A stretch of DNA of 64,000 nt. Source: the human T2T-CHM13v2.0 reference genome, Homo sapiens. Shown here piece by piece: positions 14,026 to 26,905 of this stretch. Location: the NCBI RefSeq assembly GCF_009914755.1, contig NC_060928.1. The stretch is one strand, 5' to 3'. The notes below the pieces were generated by a model. The model was not told the DNA's origin and did no database searches. It saw only the letters and a list, made by a program, of their open reading frames with translations. Made by a program: the position numbers and the translations under genes. The first letter of the stretch is position 1. Each line of letters starts with the position of its first letter.

Positions 14026-15418
14026 CCTGTTACCATCTCAAACCAAAACCATAGGAATCACATCCCTAATTCTTATTCATCCTTCATATTCAGTCTATTT
14101 TCAAACTGCTATATATAATTCCAGGATGTGTCTTAAATTTGCCTATTATTTATTTTTCTTCCCATGATTCTGGGCAGAATTTCTCAAACCATGTAAAATG
14201 GAATACTCAGTATCCTGTGCTCTGTAGGAAAAAAAATGTTGTGATAAATAATTTTGAGAAAGGCTGTTCTCACTTGGAGTTACACTAAAATTTTATCACT
14301 TTAATGACCAAACATTTTTTTACTAACTGTATCTTTACACATTTATTTCTTCATATGATTTTATCACTGTCGTGACCCTTTGGCTACAAATAGGGAGCTT
14401 ATGGAAGATAGTAGTTAATGACAAGGATTCGAGAGCTTAGAAAGTTTGCTCTTATTTTCTAGGAATTCAGGTGTCTTGGTCTATTCAGGCTGTTATAAAA
14501 ATACCATAAACAAAGGGGCTTATAAACAACAGAAATTTACTTCTCACAGTTTTGGAAGCTGCGATGTTCAAGATCAAAGTGTCAGCAGATTGGGTGTCCA
14601 GTGCGGGTCCATTTCCTGCTTGATAGATGATGCCTTCTCTCTGTCCTCACATTGTGGAAGGGACAGCTCTCTGGGTTCTCTTTAATAGGGACACTAATCT
14701 CACTTATGAGCGCTCTGCTCTCGGGATATAATCAATTCCCAACAGCTCTATCTACTACCATCACATTGGTAATTAGGTTTTCAACATACAAAGTTTGGGA
14801 GAACACATTTAGACCATACCATTCAACTTCTGATCTCTTCAAAATTCATGCCCTTCTCACATGCAAAACACACTCATTTTATCCCAATAGCTCCTCAAAT
14901 CTTAACTCATATCTCAAAAGTCTAAGTCAAAGTCTCATCTAATATCATTTAAAGCATTTAAATAATATATGGATGAGACTCAAGGTACAATTCATTCTGA
15001 GGCAAAATTCCCTTTATCTGTGAAACTATGAAATCAACCATGTTATGTGATTCCAAAATACAATACGGAGACAAGCATAGGATAGACATTCCCATTCCAA
15101 AAGCGAGAATCAGGATAGAAAGAAGGATTAGAGATTCTGGGCAGGTCCAAAACATTAAGGCTTGACTTGAAACTTTGATACTTTGCCTTCTGGACATCCT
15201 GGGGAAGCTGTTGGCACCCCAAGACTCTGGAAAACCTTACACCCATAGCTTCACTGGGCACAGCTCACACCCAAGCTTTCACAGGGAGTAATCAGGTGCC
15301 TGTGGCTCCCCCAGGCTAGAATTGCACATCTGTGTCTCCACCAGTCTGGGGTTTCTGGAGTGGCCCTGCCTCCTTGGCTCTACTAGACATTTCCCTATTG
15401 GAGACCTATTATCTTTCT

Positions 15419-16043
15419 TTCTTTTTTTTTTTCTTTTTTTTTTTTGTGTGTGTGTGTGTGTTGGTTTTTTTGTAGACACGTTTTCTCTTTTTTATTATTA
15501 TGCTTTAAGTTCTAGGGTACATGTGCACAACATGCAGGTTTGTTACATATGTATACATGTGCCATGTTGGTGTGCTGCACCCATTAACTCGTCATTTACA
15601 TTAGGTATATCTCCTAATGCTATCCCCCCCTCCCCCATACATCAACAGGCCCCGGTGTGTGATGTTCCCCTTCCTGTGTCCAAGTGTTCTCATTGTTCAA
15701 TTCCCACCTATGAGTGAGAACATGCGGTGTTTGGTTTTTTGTCCTTGCCATAGTTTGCTGAGAATGATGGTTTCCAGCTTCATCCATGTCCCTATGAAGG
15801 ACATGAACTCATCCTTTTTTATGGCTGCAAAGTATTCCATAGTGTGTATGTGCCACGTTTTCTTAATCCAGTCTATCATTAATGGACATTTGGGTTGGTT
15901 CCAAGTCGTTTTGCTATTGTGAATAGTGCTGCAATAAACATACTTGTGCATGCGTCTTTATAGCAGCATGATTTATAGTCCTTTGGACATATACCCAGTA
16001 ATGGGATGGCTCGTTCAAGTGGTATTTCTAGTTCTAGATCCTT
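15419..16043 (-). mobile_element. 5'-truncated L1PA (young primate L1 3' end)
   Basis: Canonical L1PA 3' UTR in antisense (tacatgtgcacaacatgcaggtttgttacatatgtatacatgtgccatgttgg). TSD GAGACCTATTATCTTTCT at 15401-15418 and 16044-16061. Confidence 0.96.
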
Positions 16044-16815
16044 GAGACCTATTATCTTTCTAATTGGAGATCCTCTACAGCAGCACCACCGTACTGTAAT
16101 CCTCTGACAGAGTCTTCTGCCTGTGTCCCTTCATGGTTTCATAATTCAAAATGCAGGTGGAGGTAGCAGAACCACCATGAGTCTCAACACTTTGTGAGCC
16201 AACAGAGATGGTATTGTTTGAACACTGCCAAGGTTTACCACTTGTAGCCCCTATGTGACATTTAGGCCTGCTGGAACTGAACCTGACACAGCTGGAGAGT
16301 GCTGCTCTGTAAGGCTTGGAGCAGAGCAATGAGGTGATACCAGGCAGTGAATGTCAAGTTCTTGTGGGTGTCCTCTCCGGCCCCTCCTTTGAAATTGTTC
16401 AGCCCCCAATGCCCTTCCTTTCTGGGTGTGATGTTTAATACTGAGTGTCAACTTGATTGGATTGAAAAATACAAAATATTGATCCACAGTGTATTTGTGA
16501 GTGGGTTGCCAAAGGATATTAACATTTGAGTCCATGGGCTGGGGAAGGCAGACCCACCCTTAAGCTGGGTGGACAAAATCTAATCAGCTGGCTGTGAGAC
16601 TACAATATAAGCAGGCAGAAAAATATGAAAAGAGAAGCTGGCCTAGCCTCTTAGTGTACATCTTTTTCTTGTGCTGGATGCTCCTTGCCTTCGAACATTG
16701 GACACCAAGTTCTTCAGTTTTGGAACTCAGATTGGTTCTCCTTGTTCCTCAGCCTGCAGACAGTCTATGCGAGGACCTTGTGATAATGTAAATTAATACT
16801 TAATAAACTCCCCAT

Positions 16816-18830
16816 TATATATATATAAAATATATATAAATATATATAAATATATAAAAATATAAATATATATAAATATACATAAATATATAAATATACA
16901 TATAAATATATATATAAATATATAAATATCTATAAATATACAAATATATAAAAATATATAAAAATATATAAAATATATATAACTATATAAATATATATAA
17001 AAATATATATAAATATATGTAAACATATATGAAAATATATGAATATATAAATATATAAATATATACGAATATATATATGAATATATATGAATCTATATAA
17101 ATATATGAATATATATAAATATATATGAAAATATATAAATATATAAATAATATATATGAATATATATAAATGTATAAATATATAAATATAAATATATATA
17201 AATATAAATATATAAATATATATATAAATATAAATATATAAATATATATATAAATATAAATATATAAATATATATATAAATATAAATATATAAATATATA
17301 TATAAATATAAATATATAAATATATATATAAATATAAATATATAAATATATATATAAATATAAATATATAAATATATATAAATATAAATATATAAATATA
17401 TAAATATATATATAAATATAAATATATAAATATATATAAATATAAATATATAAATATATATATAAATATAAATATATAAATATATATATAAATATAAATA
17501 TATAAATATATATATAAATATAAATATATAAATATATAAATATATATATAAATATAAATATATAAATATATATAAATATAAATATATAAATATATATATA
17601 AATATAAATATATAAATATATATATAAATATAAATATATAAATATATATAAATATAAATATATAAATATCTATAAATATAAGTATATATAAATATATAAA
17701 AAATAAATATATATGAATATATATAAATATATGAATATATAAATATATAGGAATATATAAATATATAAATATATGAATATATAAGTATATATAAATATAT
17801 GAATATATAAATATATATAAATATATGAATATAAAAATATATGAGTATATAAATATATATATAAATATATAAATATATATAAATATCTATACATATAAAT
17901 ATATATAAATATATATAAATATATATAAATATATACAAATATATATAAATATATAAATCTATATACATAAATATATATAAATATATAAATCTATATACAT
18001 AAATATATATAAATATATATACATAAATTTATATAAATATATGTATAAATATATTTACATATATAAATATATAAATATATGTATGAATATATGTAAATAT
18101 ATATAAATATATATAAATATATATGTAAATATATGTATATATAAATATATAAATATATATAAATATATATGTAAATATATGTATATATAAATATATAAAT
18201 ATATATAAATATACATATATATAAATATATATAAGAATATATAAATATATAAATAAATATATAAATATATATAAATATATATAAATAGGTATAAATATAT
18301 ATGAATCTATATAAATATGTATAAATATATATAAATATATATAAATAAATATATATAAATATAAATATATAAATATATATAAATATATATGAATATATAT
18401 AAATATATATCAATATATATGAATATATATTAATATATATGAATATATATAAATATATATATAAATATATATAAATATATAATATATAAATAAATATATA
18501 TAAATATATATAAATATATATATAATATATAAATAAATATATATAAATATATATAAATATATATATAATATATAAATACCTATAAATACATATAAATATA
18601 TATAAATATATAAATACATATGAATATATGTAAATATATAAATACATATAAATATATGTATAAATACATATAAATATATATAAATACATATAAAAACTTA
18701 TAAATATATATAAACGTATATAAATACATATAAATATATATAAATACATATAAATATATATAAATACATATAAATATATATACAAATATATATAAATATA
18801 TATACACACACATATATGTATATATATGTG
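16816..18830. repeat. ~2-kb TA-rich tandem array (AAAT(AT)n units) inside the ERV-L 5' LTR
   Basis: Directly visible, nearly devoid of C/G, at the position of the short (TA)n tract normally found in MLT2A. Confidence 0.98.
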
Positions 18831-18957
18831 TAAAGAGGAGTTTAAGTATTAACTGATATATATGTAGTAGACAAACCATTAGTTCTGTCCTCTCGATAAC
18901 CCTGAATATTACAGATTTTGAACAAAGGAGTGGTTCTACAGGAACAAAATATTAAAG

Positions 18958-20750
18958 ATGGAGTTCTTTTGTTGGTATTGGGGTTCCTGCAGTTGGATGC
19001 TTAATATAATTAAACACCAAACTGTTAAAGACTCTACTTCTAATAGTATGGAGAACACTGATAGTCCTTGGCATAAACTGTTTAGAGAGTTATGCAAAAT
19101 AAATGCATTTGACATTCCTGATTCATCACTTGTGAGAGGCAAGGAATTTAGGGACTCTGTACATAATACCTTCGACCATATGTGGAGAACCAAGGAACGT
19201 ATTAAATCTGGTTGGTTGCTCCTAAGTTCAGTTGACAAAGTGTTGAAAGGTAATCATGAACTCAGGGATTCTATCTCCCAGTTTCAGAAGCAGATACTGA
19301 GCCTCAAATCTGCTAAGACTGCCCTGAGTGAGAGTCTTATCTCCTGTAGGGAAAAAACAGAAATTGTGGAAAAACAGACACAAGCTCTTATCATGAGAGT
19401 GGCAGATCTGCAATGAAAGATGCATGCAGTGCCTCGCCAGGTGTCTACTGTTAAAGCGAGTGCATGGATTGGAAAAGAATGGGACTTTGGAATTTGGAAT
19501 GAGGATGTGTAGGAGGACCCTTATGAAGGTGGGGACAGTGAGTTGGTAAACTCTGATGAACCTTTTTTTGCCAGAAGAAACAGCTTCCCCATCCCCAGTA
19601 GTGGCAACAACCACTCCCCAACCCATGCTGCCATCAGCCTTTCCACATTTGTCTGAGGCGATAAGCCCTGCACTGCCTGAGGCAACAGTGATGGCCTCTC
19701 CTAAGGCAGTTGCCAGGCAAGATAATGTTGATTCTCCTCAGGAGCCATTCCCAACACCCCTGTTTGCTTCCAGACCTATAAATGAAGTCCTGGTGGGTCC
19801 CTAGAGGTAAGGTTGAGAGTGTGACCCAGGAGAAGGTGTGCTACACTCGAAAAGAACTGCTTAAGTTTTCCAATTTATATAAACAGAAATTTGGAGTACA
19901 GGGATAGGAATGGATATTAAGGGTGTGGGATAATGGTGGAAGGAACATAGAGTTGGATCATGCTGAATTTGTTGATTTGAGCCCACTAAGTAGGGACTCT
20001 GCTTTTAATGTTGCAGCTCAGGGAATTAAAAGAGGTTCTAATAGTTTATTTGCTTGGTTTGCTGAAATATGGATTAAAAGATAGCCCACTGTGAGTAAGC
20101 TGGAAATGCCTGATCTCCCTTGGTTTAATGTAGAGGAAGGGACCTAAAGTCTTAGGGAGATTTGGATGGTGGAGTGGATTAGTGACTTTAGGCATATTCA
20201 TCCCAGCTGGGAGGGTTCAGAAGATAACCCCCTGACCAATGCTTTGAGAAATAGATTTGTTAGGGCAGCACCTGCATCTTTGAAGAGGCCTGTAATTGCT
20301 CTTCTCTGTATGTCAGATCTAACGGTGGGAACTGCAGTCACTCAACTACAAAATTTAAATACAATGGGAATAATTGGATCCCAAGGTGGCAGGGGTCAAC
20401 CGGTGGCACAACTATCAAAGGCAAGGTGGGAGTAGCTGCTGTAATGGATAGTAATGGAAAGTGGGAATAAGAATAGTTTGACTCATATACAGCTCTGGCA
20501 TTGGCTAATTAATCACGGTTTCCTAGAAGTGAAATTGATAGGACGCCTACTGCATTTCTACTTAATTTACATAAGCAGAAGACTTCTAGGTTGAATGGAC
20601 AAAAGGCTAATTATAAAAACTGAGTATTATAAACTAATTATATATTATATTTAAAAACTAATTATATATAACTAATTATAAAAACTGAATTTTTCTAATT
20701 ATAAAAATGGAGAATCATGGCCCCTCAATCAATTTCCAGACTTGAGCTAG
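18958..20750 (+). pseudogene. ERV-L gag, disrupted
   Basis: ORF fragments ENTDSPWHKLFRELCKINAFD, LPEETASPSPVVA and LTNALRNRFVRAAPASLK match ERV-L gag; multiple stops and frameshifts. Confidence 0.85.
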
Positions 20751-20849
20751 TTTACAGACCCAGAACCCCTTTTATGACTCCATTACATTACTGACAATTT
20801 ATGCAATGAGACTTTCTCCCATCCTTCCCCAAGCAGACCTCTGGCCTTT

Positions 20850-23740
20850 TACCAGGGTAACTGTACGCTGGGGAAAGGGAAATGATCAGACATTTCAAGG
20901 ACTGCTGGACACTGGCTCTAAGATGACATTGATTCCAGGGAGCCCAAAACATCATTCCAGTTGACGTTTCTGGAAGACGTCATCTTCCAGTTGAAGTAGG
21001 GGCTTATGGGGTCAGGTAATTAATGGAGTTTTAGCTCAGGTTTGATTTAGAGTGCGTCCAGTGGGTACCTGAACTCATCCTGTGGTTATTTCCCCAGTGC
21101 TAGAATGCATTATTGGCATAGACATACTTAGCAGCTGGCAGAACCCCCAGATTGGCTCCTGACTGGTAAGATGAGGGTTGTTATGGTGGGAAAGGCCAAA
21201 TGGAAGCCATTAGAGCTGCCTCTACCTAAAAAACTAGTAAATCCAAAACAATATTACATCCCTGGAGAGACTGCAGAGATTAGTGCAACCATCAAGGACT
21301 TGAAAGATGCAGAGGTGGTGATTCCTATCACATCCCTGTTTAACTCTCCCATTTGGCCTGTACAGAAGAAAGAGGGATTTTGGAGAATGATGGTGGACTA
21401 TTGTAAGCTTAACCAAGTGTTGACTCCAATTGCACCTGCTATACCAGATGTGGTTTCGTTGCTTGAACAAATTAATACATTTCCTGGTACCTGGTATGCA
21501 GCCATTGACTTGGGAAATACCTTTTTCTCCATTCCTGTCCATAAGACCCACCAGAAGCAATATGCCTTCTGCTGGCAAGGTCAATAATATACCTTTACTG
21601 TCCTATCTCAGGGGTATATCAACTCTCCAGCTTTGTGTCATAATCTTATTCAGAGAGATCTTGATCGCTTTTCATTTCTGCAAGAATATCACACTGGTTT
21701 ATTACATTGATGACATTATGCTGATTGGATCCAGTGAGCAAGAAGTAGCAATCATACTAGGCTTATTGATAAGACATTTGTTTGCCAGAGGATGGAAAAT
21801 AAATCTGACTAAAATTCAGGTAACTTCAACTTCAGTAAAATTTCTAAGGGTTTAGTGGTGTGGGTCCTGTCGAGATATTCTTTCTAAGATGCAGGATAAA
21901 TTGCTGCATTTGGCCCGTCCTTCAACCAAGAAAGAGGCACAACACCAAGGGAGCCTATTTGGATTTTGGAGGCAACACATTTCTCATTTGGGTGTGTTAC
22001 TCCAGCCCATTTATCGAGTCACCTGAAAGGCTGCCAGTTTTGAGTGGGGTCCGGAACAGGAGAAGGCTCTGCAACAGTCCCAGGTTGCTGTTCAAGGTGC
22101 TCTGCCACTTGGGCCATATGACCCAGAAGATCCAATGGTGCTTGAGATGTCAGTCACAGATAGGGATACTGTTTAGAGGCTTTTCCAGGCCCCCATAGGT
22201 GAATCACAGTGGAAGCCTCTAAAATTTTGGAGCAAGGCTCTGCCGACTTCTGCAGATAACTACTCTCCTTTGAGAGACAGCTCCTGGGCTTTGGTAGAAA
22301 CTGACGGTTTGACTATGGGTCATTAAGTCACCATGCAACCTGAACTGCCTATCACAAACAGGTTGCTTCCTGACACACCAAGCCATAAAGTGGGTAGTGC
22401 AAAGAGGCATTCCATTATCAAATGGAAGTGATATATACGTGAGTGGGCTCAAGCAGGTCCAGAAGGCACAAGTGAGTTACATGAGAAAATGGCTCCAATG
22501 CCCATGGTCTCCATTCTTATCACCCTGCCTTCTCTCCCCCAGCCTGCATGGATGATATCATGGGGAGTTCTGTCAGTTGACAGAGGAAGAGAAGGCTAGG
22601 GCCTGGTTCACAGAGGCTTCTGCAGGATATACAGGCATCACCTGAAAATGAACAGCTGCAGCACTACAGCCCTTTTCTAGGATATCCCTGAAGTGCAGCC
22701 ACGAAGAGAAATCTTCCCAGTGGGCAGAACTTCGAGGAGTGCACCTGGTGTGCACTTTGGATGGAGGGAGAAATGGCCAGATGTAAAATTATATACTGAT
22801 TCATGGGCTGTAGCCAACGGTTTGACTGGATGGTCAGGGACTTGAAAGAAGCATGATTGGAAAATTGGTGACAAAGACATTTAGGGAAGAAGTATGTGGA
22901 TGGACCTTTCTAAGTGGTAAAAAACTGTGAAGATATTTGTATCCCATGTGAGTGCTCACCAGTGGGTGATCCCAGCAGAGGAGGATTTTAACAATCAAGT
23001 GGATAGGATGTCCCATCTATGGACACCACTCAGCAACTTTCCACAGCCATGCCAAGGGACTCATAAACAAAGTGGCCATGGTGGCATGGATGGAGGTTAC
23101 ACATGGGCTCAGCAACATGGACTTCCACTCACCAAGGCTGACCTGCCTATATCCACTGCTGAGTGCCCAATTTGCCAGCAGCAGAGACCAACACTGAGCC
23201 TTCAATATGGCACCATTCCTCAGGGTGATCAACCAGCTCCCTGGTGGCACGTTAATTATATTGGACCTCTTCCATCATGGAAAGGGCAGAAGTTTATCCT
23301 CACCGGAGGAGACACTTACTCCTGATATGATTTTGCCTATCCTGCTTACAATGCTTCTGCCAAGGCTACCATCCATGGACTCACGGAATGCCTTACCCAC
23401 CGTCATGGTATACCACACAGCATTGCATCTGACTAAGGCACTCACTCACTTTACTGCTAAAGAAGTGTGGCAGTAAGTACATGCTCATGAAATTCACTGG
23501 TCTTACCATGTTCCCTATTATACTGAAGCAACTGGATTCATAGAATGGTGGAATGGCCTTTTAAAGTCACAATTACAACGCCAACTAGGTGACAATTCTT
23601 TTCAGGGCTGGGGCAAAGTTCTCCAGAAAGCTGTGTATGCTATGAATGAACATCCAACATATGGTACTGTTTCTCCCATAGCCAGGATTCACAGGTCCAG
23701 GAATCAAAAGGTGGAAGTGGAAGCAGCAGCATTCGCTACA
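20850..23740 (+). pseudogene. ERV-L pro-pol (protease, RT, RNase H, integrase), disrupted
   Basis: Protease LLDTGS (ctgctggacactggctct, ~20903). RT motifs FNSPIWPVQK, WRMMVDY, AIDLGNTFF and YIDD (~21700). RNase H SHVSAH. Integrase zinc finger H..GHGG..ECPICQQ. Confidence 0.92.
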
Positions 23741-23760
23741 CTTCCAGTGATTCAAACTTT

Positions 23761-24198
23761 TTGCTTCCTATTCCTGCAACATTAAGTTCTGCTGTCCTAG
23801 AGGTATTCATTCCAGAGGGAAGAACACTGCCACCAGGAGACACAACAATGATTCCATTAAACTGGAAGTTAAGATTGCCACCTGGACACTTTGGGCTTTT
23901 CCTACCTTTAAGTCAACAGTCTAAGAAGGGAGTTACCGTGTTGTCTGGGGTAATTGACCTGAATTATCAAGATGAAATCAATCTACTACTCCACATTGGA
24001 GGTAAGGAAGAGTATGAATGGAATACAGGGGATCCATTAGGGGTTCTCTTAGTATTGCCATGCCCTGTGATTAAAGTCAATGGGAAACTACAACAGCCCA
24101 ATCCAGGCAGGGCTACAAATGACCCAGACCCTTCAGGAATGAAGGTTTGGGTCACTCCACAAGGAAAACAAAACAAAACAAAAAACATGACCTGCTGA
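23761..24198 (+). pseudogene. ERV-L dUTPase-like region downstream of integrase
   Basis: ORF LPPGDTTMIPLNWKLRLPPGHFGL...GVIDLNYQDEI matches retroviral dUTPase motifs, in the position typical of ERV-L. Confidence 0.85.
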
Positions 24199-25429
24199 GG
24201 TGCTTGCTGAAGCCAAATGGAATACAGTAGAAGGTACGTAAGTAAGTAGAAGGTATGGGTAGTAGAAGGTAGTCATCAATACCAGCTATGACCACAGGAC
24301 CAGCTGCAGAAATGAGGAATGTAATTGTCATGAGTATTTTCTCCTTCTTTTATTAAAAACATATTTGTGCATGTATACGCTTGCACTAGAAAGAAACTTC
24401 ATTTTCTTTTCTTTTTCTTTTATCATGTGACATAAGATTTATTGACTTCATATCAACATTTAAGTATCGTTAACGTTATGTAGTAGTATTTGGGTTGAGG
24501 ATTGGTTCTCTTCCGGCTGTATGAAGGATAGTTGTGCTATGTTAGATGTAATTATGACCTTGTTATTGTCTTTATTCGATGATTATATCTGATCTCAGGA
24601 GATGTGTATGGGTTCAAGTTGACAAGGGGTGGACTTCTGATGGTTAATACTGAATGTTAACTTAGTTGGATTGAAGGATACAAAGTATTGATCCTGGGTG
24701 TGTCTGTGAGGGTTTTGCCAAAGGAGATTAACATTTGAGTTAGTGGACTAGGAAAGGAAACTCACCCTTAAATTAGGTGGGCACAATCTAATCAGCTGCC
24801 AGTGAGGCTACAATATAAGAAGGCAGAAAACTGTGGAAAAAGAGACTGGCCTAGCCTCCCAGCTTATATCTTTCTCCCATGCTGGATGCTTTCTTCCCTC
24901 ACATATCAGACTCCAAGTCCTTCAGTTTTGGAATTTGGACTGGCTCTCCTTTCTTCTCAGCCCAACAGACAACCTATTGTGGGACCTTGTGGTTGTGTGA
25001 GTTTATACTTAATAAACTCCCATATATATAATATATATTATATATAATAAATATAATTTATAGTATATGTAATACTATATAGTATATATAATATATATAA
25101 AGTATACTATAAGTAGCGAACACACTGGGCTTACTGGTGAGACATTTGTGTGCCAGAGGATGGGAAATAAATCTCACTAAAATTCAAGGAACTTCATCCT
25201 CAGTAAAATTGTCCAAATATAGTCCATTACTTCTCTCCCTCTAGAGAGTCCTGGCTAATACAATGGGACTCTGATGGAAGAGGAAGCAAAGAAGGTCTCT
25301 GAAATGCCTTTGGGGTCATTTTTTCATCATCTTGATAAATAGTACCTCGCAGATCTGTACTTAAATGGTTGCAATGCCATACTCTTGGTGTTCATTATAA
25401 AGCACTCTTTCTCATTTTTTACAATATGA

Positions 25430-25789
<360 letters not shown>

Positions 25790-26753
25790 TAAAAATTTCA
25801 TCTTTAAATTAATTCTATCTTCTCTCTCTCACTTTACTGTAAACATTTAAAAGAAGCCAAAGCACCCCTTTAACACTTTAGTAGAAATTTCTTCTGCCAA
25901 ATATCCTATTTCATTGCTCACATGTTCTACCTTTCACAAAACATAAAGGACACCAAGTCAATTTATTTGCAACTTTATAAGAAAGATCACCCTTCCTCCA
26001 TTTTTTAATAATATGTTCTCCATTTCCATTTAAGACCTCATTAGAATAGTCTTTATTGTCCATATTTCTATCAACACTCTGTTCATGGCCCCTTGGATAT
26101 TCTTTAAAAGCATTGCAGCTTTCTCTACAACTCTCCTCTTTCTGATCCCTCACCAGAATAGCCCTTAACAGTCTGTTCAAAGCAACATAAGACTTTCTAG
26201 CACTCATTTCAAAATCATTTTGGATTTCTCAGCCTCCAGAACTGTGAAACTGACATTGATTTGCTCCTAATTTCAAGAATGTTAAAAGCACAACACAACA
26301 TCCAGTATAATAAGAGGAAGTAGCCAAGACTTTGTGAAATAAAATTCTCCTGTTAGAAGCCACACAGGTTATGTCATTTGTCATGGTCACTCGCCCTTTT
26401 CCCAGTTTCAAAATTGTCTCCACATTTTTAGGTCTTTGTTACATCAACACTCCCTCTTCTTAGTACTGATTTTGTCTTAGTTCATTCAAGTTACTGTGTC
26501 CAAAAGATAGATTTGGTGTCTGGTGATGTCTAGTTTCCGGGTATACAGAAGGATCTCTCTGTGTCTTCAATTGGTAGAAGTGGAAAGGCAGATCTTTGGG
26601 GCCGCTTTTATGAGGTCTCTATTCCTATCCATGAAGGCTCCAGACTCATAATTTAGTCACCTCACAAAAGTTCTACATAACACATCACATTGGTGACTAG
26701 GTTTCCAACAGATGAATTTGGAGGGAAGAAAAACATTCGGATCTGGCATCAGG

Positions 26754-26905
26754 TAAGTAACAACTTCTCTGTGACTCAATTGTCTTATTGGTCAAATGGG
26801 CATTAAAATACTACACTTCCCAGAATTGTGAAAATTAAGTGAGATAATTCGTGAAATATTCTATGAATAGTGTCTGGCATATATTAAACATTCAATAAAT
26901 ATTGC
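26754..26905. mobile_element. MIR, the 3' part of the element split by the MaLR provirus
   Basis: MIR core-like cttctctgtgactcaattgtcttatt..caaatggg..gtgaaaattaagtgagataa..gtgtctggcata..caataaatattg. Confidence 0.7.

Larger units (their letters stand above)
16427..25262 (+). mobile_element. Near full-length ERV-L (HERV-L) provirus with MLT2A LTRs
   Basis: 5' LTR 16427-18913 and 3' LTR 24636-25262. Polypurine tract gacaaggggtggact precedes the 3' LTR. TSD ctggg/atggg (4/5 match). Internal gag-pol-dUTPase relics, no env. Confidence 0.95.

Noticed and set aside
16816-18830. CRISPR-like or telomere-like array
   Set aside because: No constant repeat with unique spacers and no cas genes; eukaryotic low-complexity sequence.
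17093-18879. Long Tyr/Ile-rich ORFs (291 aa, 272 aa) on the minus strand
   Set aside because: Translations of the TA array that stay open because of repeat phase; no coding complexity.
18958-20435. Domesticated ERV-L gag (Fv1-like restriction gene)
   Set aside because: Gag is broken by many stops and frameshifts; the longest piece is 152 aa.
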